Origin: Squalus acanthias
Taxonomy: Eukaryota
Assembly: GCA_030390025.1 (NCBI GenBank)
Contig: JASTWF010000363.1
Location: forward strand, 1-64,000
Direction: 5' to 3'
DNA length: 64,000 nt
The notes under the pieces are model-generated. The model was not told where the DNA came from. It ran no database searches and worked only from the letters and a program-made list of their open reading frames with translations. Made by a program: the position numbers and the translations under genes. Numbering within the stretch: the stretch's first letter is position 1; each line of letters starts with the position of its first letter. Shown one piece after another: positions 12,434 through 25,111 of the stretch.

Positions 12434-12463
12434 ATGGTGCATTCTAATCTAAAAGACTGCAAG
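12434..12463 (+). CDS. TTC38: TTC38 first coding exon, copy D (MVHSNLKDCK)
   Basis: ATG, 10 codons, phase-0 donor AAG|GTAAGC. Closest copy to coding exon 2. Confidence 0.75.
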
Positions 12464-13647
12464 GTAAGCTGTAGACAAAGTGCGCTGACAGATACAAGGA
12501 CTGCTATTAAATAAAGCCAGAACAGTCCAGAACACTCCAGCGACTATTATTTTACAGTAATAAAGTGCATTAAAATTTAATAAGCCTGGGATCCACTTGC
12601 TGTGGGCATATGCTTTTACAAAACTAAAAGAAAACAGCCCCAAACAGAACCATCGAAGTACAGTAAATTCATTAATGGAGAGCTTCAGATCAATGTCATA
12701 AATCTCTTGGTCTCCTGGTTTATGATGTTAATTGAAGTCTTTCATTTAATTATGGCCTTGAAATCACTCTCATGTATTGTCTATTCTGTGTGTAAATTAT
12801 TGAACCCCTTGATTACATTCCAGCATTTTAACAATTCCAGGATATCCATTATTCTATACACAAGCTGTCTGAACTCCTTGAATAGACTGCTATCTTACAG
12901 TTGCTCCATTCTATAAAGTGTTTGAAATGATTAGGTCAGATTTTCCTCTTTGTTGCACCTGGAGAATGCCCAGTTCCCTAGTGCAGTGAGCACCATTGTG
13001 TCAGGTCTCCGCACCCACAACACTGCCCTGGGATTGCCCAAAATAACGTAACTAGGATAGATTCAGGCCCAGTGTAAGAATATTAATGAAGTAGGAGGAG
13101 ATGTCCTCAGCCTACAACATCACTTTATTTTTAGTCTGCCTGTGGGGTGCCCAAACACAGGGATGCCTGAAGGAACCTGATGTTGGGACTTACACTGGTA
13201 CCTTCCACAGTCTGGAGGATCTTCAGGGGTCCTGGTGCAGCCCAGACAATCAGAGGCAAAAGGTACTTTAAGATTTCCTCTCAGGTTGATCTTGAGGGTG
13301 GCTGGGCGCGTGGGGGCGGGTGGTTAGCAGCCAGAAGGCCCTGATGCCGGCCACTAGAAATGTAGCTGCAAGCTTCTAGGGACTGTAACTCTGCTGCTGT
13401 TTCTGCTCCTTGACCCCCGCTCAAAGCCCTGCCAGGGTGTGGGCCTGTGTCAGGGATGCACCCAGGTGCCTGTCGGGTGCCCAGCATGGTCATGAAGAGT
13501 AAAGTCAGCCTGAGTATTTTGTAATCATTTCCAGGTGTCCACTGTTTTACACACAAACAATTCTGATCTTTAGTTCTGCTTCAGTAGATGCTCTTCATTT
13601 GTTGCAGTAAAAGAGATTCAGTAATGCTGTACTCTGATTGTTCCCAG

Positions 13648-13725
13648 GCTTGGCAGGATGTTGGTCTTTCCCTTTCCACAACCAGCAATGAGGCCTGCAA
13701 AATGTATGATGCTTGTCTGAACCAG
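13648..13725 (+). CDS. TTC38: TTC38 coding exon 2 (AWQDVGLSLSTTSNEACKMYDACLNQ)
   Basis: ttcccag acceptor, gtgag donor, 78 nt. Matches the TTC38 LSTTSNEACK motif. Confidence 0.96.
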
Positions 13726-14766
13726 GTGAGGCTTCTGTGCTAATGAAATGTATTAAATCCAGTGACTAATATCTTCCCCACCCTCAGCAATCACAATGCA
13801 TCATCTTATATAAGGTTACACAGAAACCGGATATTCAGCCCAATATATTTATTCTCCACACGAGCTTCCTCCCACACAACCTGCTCGAGATTCTCCTCAT
13901 CTCGTGTTGCAACGCTTGAGATTTTATACCGTGCACCCAATTCATGTTGTATGGCAAAATTCAGTCAGAAGACTAAATGGCTTGGGCTGGCAGTGGTTGC
14001 AGAGTTAGGATGGGTGGAGATCATGGAGGGATTTACAAACAAAATCCAAGATTTTGAACTCGGGAACTTTACAACCAGTGGTGGGGGAAGAGTTTCATCC
14101 CATGAATCTGGCCTGAAGTCTGAGCCAATGTCCACTGTGCTATTAAATCTCTTGGAGGTGGGGACAGGGTTGCTTTAAAGCAAAATGATCGGAGAAGCAG
14201 AATTAAGAGCAGTAAGCAGTCCTAGTTTTTATTTATAGCCAGGATTTTTTAAATCAATTTCTAATTTTTTTCAACGTGGAAGAATTATTATCAGACTTTT
14301 AAATGCGGCTCCATGCAGCAGATATTCCATGAATGGAGTGCTGCCAGGGTTACTGGACCAACTGGGAGCTTCCTTTGTGGCCTTGCTGAATACACTGTGA
14401 TTAACAGCAGGCTATTGTTCACAAATAGGCTTCAGTCTGACTTATAGTAACACTTGTCTCCAGTTCCAAAGCAGCAAGTCCAAATCCCAGTCTGGGTTGT
14501 AGATGAATGTTCAGTTCTGCCTTCCCGTATTTTGCAATTTGGGGTTTTCATTCGACTGAGCACTGTGCATCACCAGAGTACGTCCTCTTGCGGAAAAGCT
14601 TGTTTACATGGGGTCAGTCCCAGCTGACAGAAACTCCAACTAAGAATTGATCTTAAGGGAATCCTAGTAATTCCACAATTGCTACCATTAATTAATCCTG
14701 AACAAAATGAGCCCAATTTTAACTGTTGTGTCACTGAAATACTGCTGCACATGTTGGTATGTGTAA

Positions 14767-14880
<114 letters not shown>

Positions 14881-15237
14881 TAGAGAATTATGTGACCAGC
14901 TCATCAGACTCCGATTCGAATGAATGAAACCCCAGATCCCCGTTGCTCACCACATCCCCATCAGACCATCTCTGTCTCACGGAATATCACAGCGTCATCC
15001 TGGGCACCAAGCTGAAATGAAAGACAACACAAAAGATTCCAAACAAAATGAATACATTTATTACAAATCAATTCACACACATTTACTGAAAAATGTTAAT
15101 TAATCACCCTTGTGCAATCCCTTAGTGCCTGTCTTTCGTGTGGCTTTTCCTAATCTAGTGCTCCTACAAAGTGCTTCCCCAGTGACTGCAGCATGGCTGG
15201 TGGAAGGCTGCTGAGTTTCTGTGTGGGAGACTTCAGA

Positions 15238-17905
15238 TCATAGAATCATAGAAATTTACAGCACAGAAGGAGGCCATTCGGCCCATTGTGTCCGTGCCGG
15301 CTGACAAAGGGCTATCCACCCTAATCCCACTTTCCAGCACTTGGTCCGTAGCATTGTAGGTTATGGCAGTTCAAGTGCATATCCAAGTAGTTTTTAAATG
15401 TGAGATGAGGTTCTCTGCCTCTACCACCCTTTCAGGCAGTGAGTTCCAGACCCCCACCACCATCTGGGTGAAAAAATTTCTCCTCAACTCCCCTCTAAAC
15501 CTCTGGCCAATTACTTTAAATCTATGCCCCCTGGTTATTGACCTCTCTGCTAAGGGAAATAGGTCCTTCCTATCCACTCTATCTAGGCCCCTCATAATTT
15601 TATACACCTCAATTAGGTCTCCCCTCAGCCTCCTCTGTTGCAAAGAAAACAATCCCAGCCTATCCAATCTTTCCTCATAGCTAAAATTCCCCAGCCCAGG
15701 CAACATCCTCGTAAATCTCCTCTGCACCCTCTCTAGTGCAATCACATCCTTCCTGTAATGTGGTGACCAGAACTGCACGCAGTATTCTAGCTGCGACCTA
15801 ATTAATGTTTTACACAGTTCAAGCATATCCTCCCTGCTCTTATATTCTATGCCTCGGCTAATAAAGGCAAGCATCCCGTATGCCTTCTTAACCACCTGAT
15901 CTACCTGTCCTGCTACCTTCAGGAATCTGTGGACATGCACTCCAAGGTCCCTCTGATCTTCTGCACTTCTCAGTGTCCTACCATTTATAGTGTATTCCTT
16001 TGCCTTGTTAGCCCTCCCCAAATGCATTACCTTACACTTCTCCAGATTGAATTCCATTTGCCACTGTTCTGACTAGTCCATTGATATTTTCCTGCAGTCT
16101 GCAGCCGCCTTCTTCATTATCAACCACACGGCCAATTTTTGTATCATCTGCAAACTTCTTAATCATACTTCCTACATTCAAGTCCAAATCATTGATATAT
16201 ACCACAAAAAGCAGAGGACCCAGTACTGAGCCCTGCGGAACCCCACTGGAAACAGCCTCCAGTCACAAAAACGCCCTTCAACCATTACCCTTTGTTTCCT
16301 ACCTCTGAGCCAATTTTGGATCCAACTTGCCACTTTGCCTTGGATCCCATGGGCTATTACTTTCATGACCAGTCTTCCATGTGGGACCTTATCAAAAGCC
16401 TTGTTAAAATCCATATAGACTACATCAGATGCACTACCCTCATCAACCCTCCTTGTTGCCTCCTCAAAGAATTCAATCAAGTTAGTCAGACACGACCTTC
16501 CCTTGACAAATCCATGCTGACTGTCCCTGATTAATCCGTGTCTTTCTAAATGAAGATTTATCCTGTCCCTCAGAAATTTTTCCAATAATTTTCCCACCAC
16601 CAAAGTTACTCGGTCTATCCCTTTCTCTCTTTTTAAACAACGGTACCATATTAGCAGTCCTCCAGTCCTCTGGCACCACACCTGTAGCCAGAGACGATTG
16701 GAAAATGATGGTCAGAGCCTCTGCTATTTCCTCTCTTACTTCTCTTAACAGTCTGGGATACATTTCATCCGGGCCTGGGGATTTATCCACTTTCAAAGAT
16801 GCTAAACCCCTTAATACTTCCTCTTTCACAATGTTTATTTCATCTAATATTTCACACTCCTCCTCCCTGATTGCAATGTCTGCATCGTCCCTCTCTTTTG
16901 TGAAAACAGATGCAAAGTATTCATTAAGAACCATGTCTTCCACCTCCACTCACAGGTTACCTTTATGGTCCCTAATAGGCCCTACTCTTACTTTAGTTAT
17001 CCTCTTGCTCTTAATGTATTTATAAAACATCTTTGGGTTTTCCTTGCTTTTACTTGCCATAATTATTTCATGCCCTCTCTTTGCTTTCCTAATTTCCTGT
17101 TTAATTTCACCCCTGCAGTTTCTATACTCCTCTTGGGTTTCTGCAGTATTGAGTCCTCGGTATTGGTCATAAGCTTCCCTTTTTTTCTTTATCCTACCCT
17201 GTATGCCCCTCGACATCCAGGGAGCTCTAGATTTGTTAGTCCCACCCTTTTTCTTTAAAGGAACATACTTGCTCTGAACCCTCACTATCTCCTCCTTGAA
17301 TGCTTCCCACTGCTCTGACACTGATTTACCATCAAGTTTCTGTCCTCAGCCCACTTTGGCCAAATCACCTCTCAGCTTAGTAAAATTAGCTTTTACCCAA
17401 TTGAGAACTTTTATTCCTGGTCTATCCTTGTCCTTTTCCATAACTACCCTAAATCTAACTGAATTATGTTCACTACCACCAATATGTTCTCCCACTGATA
17501 CCCTTTCCACCTGCCCAGCTTCATTCCCTAAATCTAGGTCCAGAACCGCCCCCTCTCTTGTTGGGCTTGCTACATACTGGCTAAAAAAGTTCTCCTGAAT
17601 GCATTTTAAGAATTCCGCTCCCTCTATCTCTTTCACACTAATTTTATCCCAGTTAATATTAGGGAAGTTGAAATCCCCTACTATTACTGCCCTATTTTTG
17701 CACGTCTCAGAAATTTGCCTACATATTTGCTCTTCTATCTCCCTGTGACTATTCGGAGGTCTTTAGTACACTCCCAGCAGTGTGATTGCCCCTTTTTTGT
17801 TTTTCAGTTCAACCCATATGGACTCATTTGATGATCCTTCTAAGATATCCTCCCTCCTCACAGCTGTAATTGATTCTTTAATCAATATTGCGACCGCCCC
17901 CCTCC
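15238..17905 (-). mobile_element. CR1 LINE (endonuclease end, RT, 3' UTR), degraded
   Basis: SQHGFVKG, YMDFNKAFD and LEYCVQFWSP motifs across broken ORFs. (ATCATAGA)n tail at 15238. Confidence 0.92.
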
Positions 17906-17939
17906 ATTTTTATCCCCCTCTCTATCTCTCTATCTCTAC

Positions 17940-20888
17940 CTTGCAGGATGACCTCGAGCAGCTCTGGCCCTAGAAGGCCCGGCTGTAGACAGCACCATCT
18001 CGGCATGGGCGGCAGCAGTCTGGGCTGGCTAGCTGACAGACAGGCAAGGGCACTGGCGGAGTGGCAGAGGTGGGAACAGGAATATTGTCATCTTGAGAGA
18101 GGACAGCAGGGTCCTGCTCCACTGACCCACTGCCACTGCCCCGGGGTGGCGCCTCAGCATTCCCAGCAATCTGTTGGAGCACAGATTGCTGACCTGCTGC
18201 GACACCCTGAAAGCCTCGGTCGACGGTGGTAAACCCAGCCACGATGGCAGGAGTCCGAGCTTGGGTGGCTTCAAGCTGAGACTGCATGAGAGCACTCAGA
18301 GCTTCTGCTGCAGCACTAAGACGTTGGGTCGCTTCCGCCTGTGCTACAATGGAAGCTGCGACATTGCCCATCTTGCACACCATCACGCCTGGGTCGCCAT
18401 GGTCTCTTTGGGAGTGCACCGTCATTTCCAGGCTGGAAATCGTGGGCTCCATCCTCTGCGCAGAGCCCCGTTCAATGTTGGAGGCGGACTCCTCCACGCT
18501 CCCTGACATTGCCGAGAGGCTCTCTGGCAGGCTTGCCAAGGCACCCATCAATTCTGTGCACCTGCCCAACACCCTTTTCTGAAGGCCTCCCCATCAAGGT
18601 CCTCATCTGAGACCTGTGCAGCAGAACTCACCCTCCGGGGAGCTGGCCCCCGAGCTACCCTTTCCCCGTGGCCTTGCTCGTGCCCCGTGACTCAACCTCT
18701 AAAGTTCACAAAGTGCCATTTTCTGAGCTGGTGTCTGTGAGTGAGTTGCAGTGACACGGTGTCTTCTTCCTCCTCTTCTTTTCCCCCCTCGCTCTCTGCG
18801 ATGACCTCGGGGATAGGCTGCTCGGGTATTTGTTGATTATCTGAAAGCAGAAAGACACAAGAGTCGGGTTATAGTGAGGGGAGTTGCGGGGGTGGGGTGC
18901 GGCGGCGGAAGCCAGAAATGCATGCAAACAGCATGAGTAGCTTGTTAATGAGAAGATTGTGGGCTGATGTGGAAGTGGGATGTGAGAAGAAGAATTAGGA
19001 ATGAACCTACCGTTGTTGTCCCCAAAGTGATCAACCTCACCGTTTGCCATGGTGTTGATCACATACCACCCAATTATCTGGAGTAGCCGCTCCTTCAGCT
19101 GGCTGAAGTCCTGTGCTTCCACTGCAGCACTGAGATGTTGGGTTGCTTCCACCTGTGCTGCAATGGAAGCCATGACATCGCCCATCACACGCAGCATCAT
19201 GGCTGGGTCGACAAGGTTGTCCATCATGGCTTGCCATTGTACCTAGCATTTCGGTGTGCATGGCCATCATCCTTCTGAAGGTCACCCCATCGAGGTCATC
19301 ATCTGAGTCCTGTGCAGCACAGCTCATGCGCAAACTCGCCCTCTGGGAGCTCGCCCCCGAGCTATCCTTTCCCCCTGGCCTTGCTGCAGCCCACTCGTGC
19401 CCGGTGCCTCACCCTGTGCAGATCCCGCCTCTATACTACCCTCTACATTCCGCGCAGTGCCAGTTTCTGAGCTGGTGTCTGCGAGTGTCAAATGCAGTGA
19501 CGGTGTGTCATCTTCACTTTCCTCCACAGCATGAGGGACAGGCAGGCCTGCTGGCAGTTCTTGTGTATCTGAAAGCAGAAAAGGGTAACCTTCAGGAGAA
19601 GGGTGATGGCCATGCACACCGAAATGCTCGGTACAATGGCAAGCCTGCGAGAGAGCCTCTTGTCAATGTCAAGGAGCATGGAGGAATCCGGCTCCAATAT
19701 TGGATGGGGCTTTGTGCAGAACTTGGAGCCCATAATTTCCAGGCTGGAAATGATGGACAACCTTGTCGACCCTGATGCTGTGTGTGATGGGCGATGTCGT
19801 GGCTTCTATTGCAGCACAGGTGGAAGCAACCCAACGTCTCAGTGATGCAGTGGAAGCGCAGACTGTTATCTTGCAAGCTCAGCTTGCTGCCGTTGAAGCT
19901 CAGACTGCTGCCATCGTGGCTGGGTTTACCAGTGTCGAAAGAGGCTTGCAGGGTTTCGCAGCAGGCCAGAAATCTGTCCTCCTACAGATTGTTAGGAATG
20001 CACAAAGTCAGGTTGTGGTGAGGGGAGGGGTGGAAAGCAAGATGTGCATTTATACACCATCAGCAGCTTGTAAGTGAGAAGAGATTGTGGGATGATGGGG
20101 AAGTGGAATGTGAGAGGAAGGATTAGGAATGACTATATCGTCATTGTCAGCAAGGGCTTCAATTTCTCCCGTTGCCACGGCCTCGGTGACTGCCCCTCCA
20201 ATGATGTCGAGCACGGACTCCTCCAGTTGGCTCAGGGTCTGCACAGCGGATTGGCTGCCTCCCATCTGTCGTTTTTCCGGGCGGTTGCATTGAGCAGTGT
20301 GTGAGGCTTGTGGTGCAGATGGTGGGATATGGCATTTGCTGATGCCTTCACTCACCTTGACCTGTTGTGTGATGTCATTAAACTTCTTTTGACACTGGAT
20401 CCATGTCCTTGGCATGACACAGTTGGCCGTGATGTAGGTAGCTATCTCCTGCCAGAGCCTTCTACTGGTAACCTGGGATGGCTTCCTGCCAGCCTGCGGG
20501 AACAGTACATCCCGTCTTCTTTCAACTGCCACGACCAAGGCCTCGAGTGCAGCATCCGAAAACCTTCATGCTCTCTCTATGGGTTGTTGTGTCATGGCTT
20601 TGTTTAGACTGACAATGAGGTGCTGCTGCAACAAAGCACCTTCCCTTTAAGTAGTGCAGAGAACCCAGGCCAAACATTACAGGCCATTAGACTGCACCCG
20701 ATATTGGCCCCCCCGTTGAGCACTAAGCCAATCAGCAGCGTGTTTAACGCTGAGATCAGCGCTCCAATCATTATAATGAGCAGGAAGGACGAATTTTGCA
20801 TGCTGCCTGGACCACTTTCAATGGGCGCAGGCAAATCGCACTGGCCATTGATACCACCCGTTTTCGGGCCTTATCCAATTTCTAGGCC
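17940..20888 (-). mobile_element. Rearranged, truncated Harbinger element carrying Myb/SANT ORF2 remnants
   Basis: ORF 20050..20538 (AVERRRDVLFP...LWQEIA...PRTWIQCQKKFND). Terminus GGCCTAGAAATTGG ends at 20888. ORF2 exon-3 segments are duplicated and inverted. No transposase. Confidence 0.85.
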
Positions 20889-21875
20889 TAGATGTCAAGA
20901 GCTTTTTCCTTATAATCCTGAAATCCGTGAATCTTTTGTGCTTAAAAAGGTCAGAGAAGGCACAGAGCAGAGGATAAGAACTCTGCTACTTTCCAAGGAT
21001 AGCGCAGTTCTCCTCACACAGTGGTGGCTGATTACAGTGTGGAATTGGCTAAAGATCTTGGAACAGGTTTACAGTTAGTGCCCCCACTGGGGAAATGATG
21101 TATGGTAGGAAGGCACCCACAAGGAGAGAAAACAATGCAGAAAATGGGTTGAGGTGAATTCAATAAATCAATCCAGAAAAATTTATGGATCTTGGCCACA
21201 GTACTCAATAAAATTGTTGCTCATTTTTCCCCCTCCTTAATGGTTTTTGACTCTCATTTTGCTTTTGAAGAACATAAGAAATAGGAGGAGGTGTAGGTCA
21301 TTTGGCCCTTTGAGCCAGCTCCACTATTAAATGATCATGGCTGATCTTCTACCTCAACTTCACTTTCCCGCCCTATCCCCATATCCCTTGATTCCCTTAA
21401 TGCTCAAAAATCTATCGATCTCTGTCTTGAATATACTCAACGACTGAGCATTCACAGCCCTCTGGGGTAGAGAATTCCTAAGATTCACCACCCTCTAAGT
21501 GAAGAAATTTCTCCTCATCATCTCAATCCTAAATGGCCGACCCCTTATTCTGAGACTGTGACCCCTAGTTCTTGGCTCCACAGCCAGGGAAACAACCTCT
21601 CAGCATCTACCCTGTCAAGCCCCTTAAGAATTTTGTATGTTTCAATGAGATCACCTCTCATTCTTCTAAACTCTAAGGAATATAGGCCTAGTCTGCTCAA
21701 TCTCTCCTCATAGGACAATCTGCTCATCCCAGGAATCAGTCTAGTGAATCTTTGTTGCACTCCCTCGAAGGCAAGTAAATCCTTCCTTACGTAAGGAGAC
21801 CAAAACTGTACACAGTACTCCAGGTGTGGGCTCACCAAGGCCCTATATAATTGTAGCAAGACTTCTTTACTCTAA

Positions 21876-22702
21876 GGCTGCGATTTTGCCGGCGCTCAGA
21901 GGGCAGGTTTGGAGGCGGGTCAGAGGTTAAAGTTGTTTTGATTGACGGTGGTTTTCGCACCCGCCGTCAACTATCGGGTCCCCGATTTGCGAATGGACCC
22001 GACACCTAGCGGTGGGAAACGGATTAAAGGCAATTAACTGCCTATTACCAGGTACTTGTCAGTAGTTTTCAGGCTGTTTTTTGATTTTCCATCTTCTGGG
22101 TTGGGTTTCCCGACACCCGGACAACACGCCAGGTAAATGTGGCGTGTTGTGATTCTGGTCTGATGTTTGTGAAAAGATGACAGCTGCAGAAGTGGTGTCA
22201 AGGATGCAATGTTGCACATGGTGAGTTTCAGAGCAAAGAAAATGTTGGTTACTGCATTTTTAATACATATACAGATTTCTTTAGCTTACAAGTTTTTAAA
22301 TCCAACTGTATGTCCAGTGCCACCTCATTGGGAGAACCTCTCTCACCAGTGACAGATTGCTTCTGTCATCTCACCTGCAGCTGCCATCTATTCCAGCATA
22401 TGGAGGGAGTTATTAGAGAGCCTGGGTGCAAGAGTTCACCTTTGTGCAGTGATTGTCAGTGTTTTCAGCACCTCAATGCTGACAAACACTGAGAAATCAA
22501 CTGTCAAAATTAAATTGTGCATGGTCCCTTTAAGGAAACCGGCAGATGATGCGTCATCAGACCCGCTTCCTGTTAATTGGCCAGTAACAAGGCTAATCAA
22601 GGGAAAATCACGTCTGTGAAGCGGAGGCAGCTGGGGGCGGGACTGGAACCCGGAAACCAGCTGACCTGCACCCATTCCGACACCGAGGAGAAAATTGCTG
22701 CC
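21876..22702. mobile_element. Non-autonomous Harbinger derivative (H1/H2-like ends)
   Basis: TIRs GGCTGCGATTTT / AAAATTGCTGCC. Flanks TAA and TTA at a CR1 site that reads TACTC-TTA-TACTC in uninterrupted copies. Confidence 0.85.
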
Positions 22703-23006
22703 TTATACTCCAATCCCTTTGTAATAAAGGCTAACATATCATTTGCTTTCCTAATTGCTTGCTGTACCTGCATGTTAACTTTCTGTGATTTGTGCACAAG
22801 GACATCCAACATTTCCTAGTCACTCATTTAAAAAAAATTCTGCTTTTCTAGTTTTCCTACCAAAGTGGAGAATTTCACATTTCTCCACATTACATTCCAT
22901 CTGCCATGTTCTTGCCCACTCACCTAACCTGTCTATATCGCTTTGCAGCCTCTTTGTGTCCTCCTCACAGCTTACTTTCCCATCAGCAAACTTGGATACA
23001 TTACAA

Positions 23007-23153
23007 ATAAACGTTTTTTCCAGTTCTGGTGAAAGGTCATCGACCTGAAACGTTAACTCTGTTTCTCTCTTCACAGATGCTGCCTGACCTGCTGAGTATC
23101 TCCAGCATTTTCTGTTTTTATTTCAGATTTCCAGCATCTGCAGTATTTTCTTT
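23007..23153 (+). mobile_element. Short Penelope-type terminal repeat insert with hammerhead-like motif
   Basis: 15-bp TSD TTGGATACATTACAA (22992-23006 and 23154-23168). Related copies at ~33995-34215 and ~58893-59015. Confidence 0.75.
23022..23058 (+). ncRNA. Minimal type-I hammerhead ribozyme-like motif (core variant CUGGUGA)
   Basis: AGTT-CTGGTGA-A-AGGTC-ATC-GACCT-GAAAC-GTT-AACT gives stem I, a CUGANGA-like box, a stem II hairpin, the GAAA box and a GUU triplet. Confidence 0.6.
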
Positions 23154-23320
23154 TTGGATACATTACAATTGGTCTCCTCATCTAAATCATTGACTTAATT
23201 ATTCTTTTGCTCTGCTTCCCTTTTACCATCTCATTTCTCACACCTTTTTGTTGCCTATCGAACAACACATGTCTCTGTTTGACTTCCTGTCCTATCCTCC
23301 CTCCTCCCTTTCTCTCTCAG

Positions 23321-23492
23321 TGATGGGGCAGGTGGTCATAAACGGACTAGAGCTGCTTGGCGCAAAACGCTCTGTTTTGCTGGATAAAGATCTGGATGCT
23401 GCGATCAAGAGGATGATTGGACTTTCAAAGACACAAGAGATCACTGAGCGGGAACGTCTCCACGTGGAGGCACTGGACATGTTTGCAAAAGG
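23321..23492 (+). CDS. TTC38: TTC38 coding exon 4 (VMGQVVINGLELLG...LHVEALDMFAKG)
   Basis: Long pyrimidine tract plus ag, gtaag donor, 172 nt, phase consistent. Confidence 0.96.
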
Positions 23493-23944
23493 GTAAGGAG
23501 AGTTACCTCAAGACATGCTTTCTATCTATAGCTACAGTGAGGGTTTTTTTAGTGACTAACCGTTATTAGCACTCAACCTACATTAGTTCTGATCATTCAA
23601 AGGGCTAATTGACTTCGTATGGAAAGCGATTTTGGTATAGGTATACAGTCCCACCACTTATACCGCCCACGCTTATGGTGGACAATCATCTACACCGGGC
23701 AATTTCCCATAACCATTCCCATCACTATAGCAATCAATGATAAAGGCACTGCTTACAAAGTATCAAGTGTTATTCAGGTAATTCGGTAAGCTTATTGCAC
23801 CTCGTTAAAGTGTGATTACGTTAATCCTCCCTACATACTTTTTTAAACTTTGCTGAATTCAGGGAAATTGAAATGTTAATTAAATGTCTTTCAGCTTGTA
23901 CTGCTAACGATTCACCCGGTATGTAGAAGCTGAGTGCATCATTA

Positions 23945-24997
23945 CTACAACAACAACATGCATTCATGTAGCACATTTAACGTAGTAAAACGTCCCAAGC
24001 CGCTTCACAGGAGCGTTATCAAACAAAATTTGACACTGAGCCACATAAGTAGATATTAGGGCAGATGACCAAAAGCTTGGTCAAAGAGGTAGGTCTTAAG
24101 AGCTTCTTAAAGGAGAGAGAGGTAGAGAGGTTTAGGGAGGGACTTCCAGAGCTTAGGGCCTAGGCAGCTGAAAGCACGGCCACCAATGGTGGAGCGATTA
24201 AAATCGAGGATCTGCAAGAGGCCAGAATTGGAGGAGCGCAGAGATCTCAGAGGGTTGTAGGGCTGGATGAGGTTACAGAGTTAGGGAGGGGCGAGGCTCT
24301 GGAGGAATTTGAAAACAAGGATGAGAATTTTAAAATTGAGGTGTTGCTGGACTGGGAACCAATGTAGGACAGCGAGCAGAGGGGTGATGGGTAATGTTCC
24401 CTGTAATTTTTTTTGGTGCTGTGTGGTCCCTTTAAGGGGCTGCGTGGCCCATTCAAAATACCGCGCAGGCGCAGTTTTTGCATTGGAAAGATGGCTGCGC
24501 GGGATCCCTGGAGCGCTTCGCGGCCGCATGGCTGTGCAGCCTAAAGGGAACATTGGCAATGGGTGAACGGGACTTGGTGTGTGTTAAGATATGGGCAGCA
24601 GAGTTTTGGATGAGCTCAAGTTTATGTAGGGTGACAGATGGGAGGCTGGCCAGGAGATCATTGTAATAGTCAAGTCTAGAGGTAACAAAGACATGGATGA
24701 GGATTTCAGCAGCAGACGAGCTGAGGCAGGGTGGAGTCGGGCGATGTTACGGAGGTGGAAGTAGGCGGTCTTGGCGATGGAGCGGATATGTGGGCGGGAG
24801 TTCATCACGGGGTCAAATATGACATCAAAGTTGTGAACAGTCTGGTTCAGCCTCAGACAATTGCCAGGGAGAGGGATAGAGTCGGTGGCTAGGGAACGCA
24901 GTTTATGACGGGGACCAAAGACAATAGCTTCAGTCTTCCCAATATTTAGTTGGAGGAAATTTCTGCTCATCCAGTGCTGGATGTCGGACAAGCAGAT
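23945..24997 (-). mobile_element. L2-clade LINE 3' fragment
   Basis: CLSDIQHWMSRNFLQLNIGKTE and AYFHLRNIARL, then LHWFPVQQ..FKILILVFK. (TTG)n tail. Confidence 0.88.
24392..24555. mobile_element. hAT-type MITE (164 bp) nested in L2
   Basis: TIR TAATGTTCCCT / AGGGAACATTG. 8-bp TSD GTGATGGG / GCAATGGG. Confidence 0.8.
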
Positions 24998-25111
24998 TAG
25001 GATAGATAGGTCCAGATAATAAACGTGGAATAGAGAGGAGACAATAGGAGGGAGTCCAGAGTTAAAGTCAGAGGTCCCGTGATGGGATAAAGTTGAGGTA
25101 GGGGTGGCGTT

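Larger units (their letters stand above)
4465..12745 (+). repeat. Mosaic tandem duplication (~2.2 kb unit, partial copies) containing TTC38 first coding exon copies and an L2 fragment
   Basis: 6960-8320 matches 9118-10480 (identical 83-aa ORFs offset by 2157 bp). 8250-9070 matches 10860-11645, 11645-12540 matches 7690-8590, and 12540-12745 matches 10670-10860. 4465-4690 matches 8250-8465. Confidence 0.92.
21270..23192 (-). mobile_element. CR1 3' fragment interrupted by a Harbinger MITE and a Penelope-type insert
   Basis: ORFs 21545..21859, 22597..22812 and 22820..23074 are collinear CR1 RT C-terminus. GAACATAAGAAATAGG tail. Confidence 0.9.

Noticed and set aside
12933..13510. Possible old Harbinger MITE (GGTCAGATTTTCCTCTT ... 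AAGAGTAAAGTCAGCC)
   Set aside because: The TIR match is weak and there is no clean TSD.
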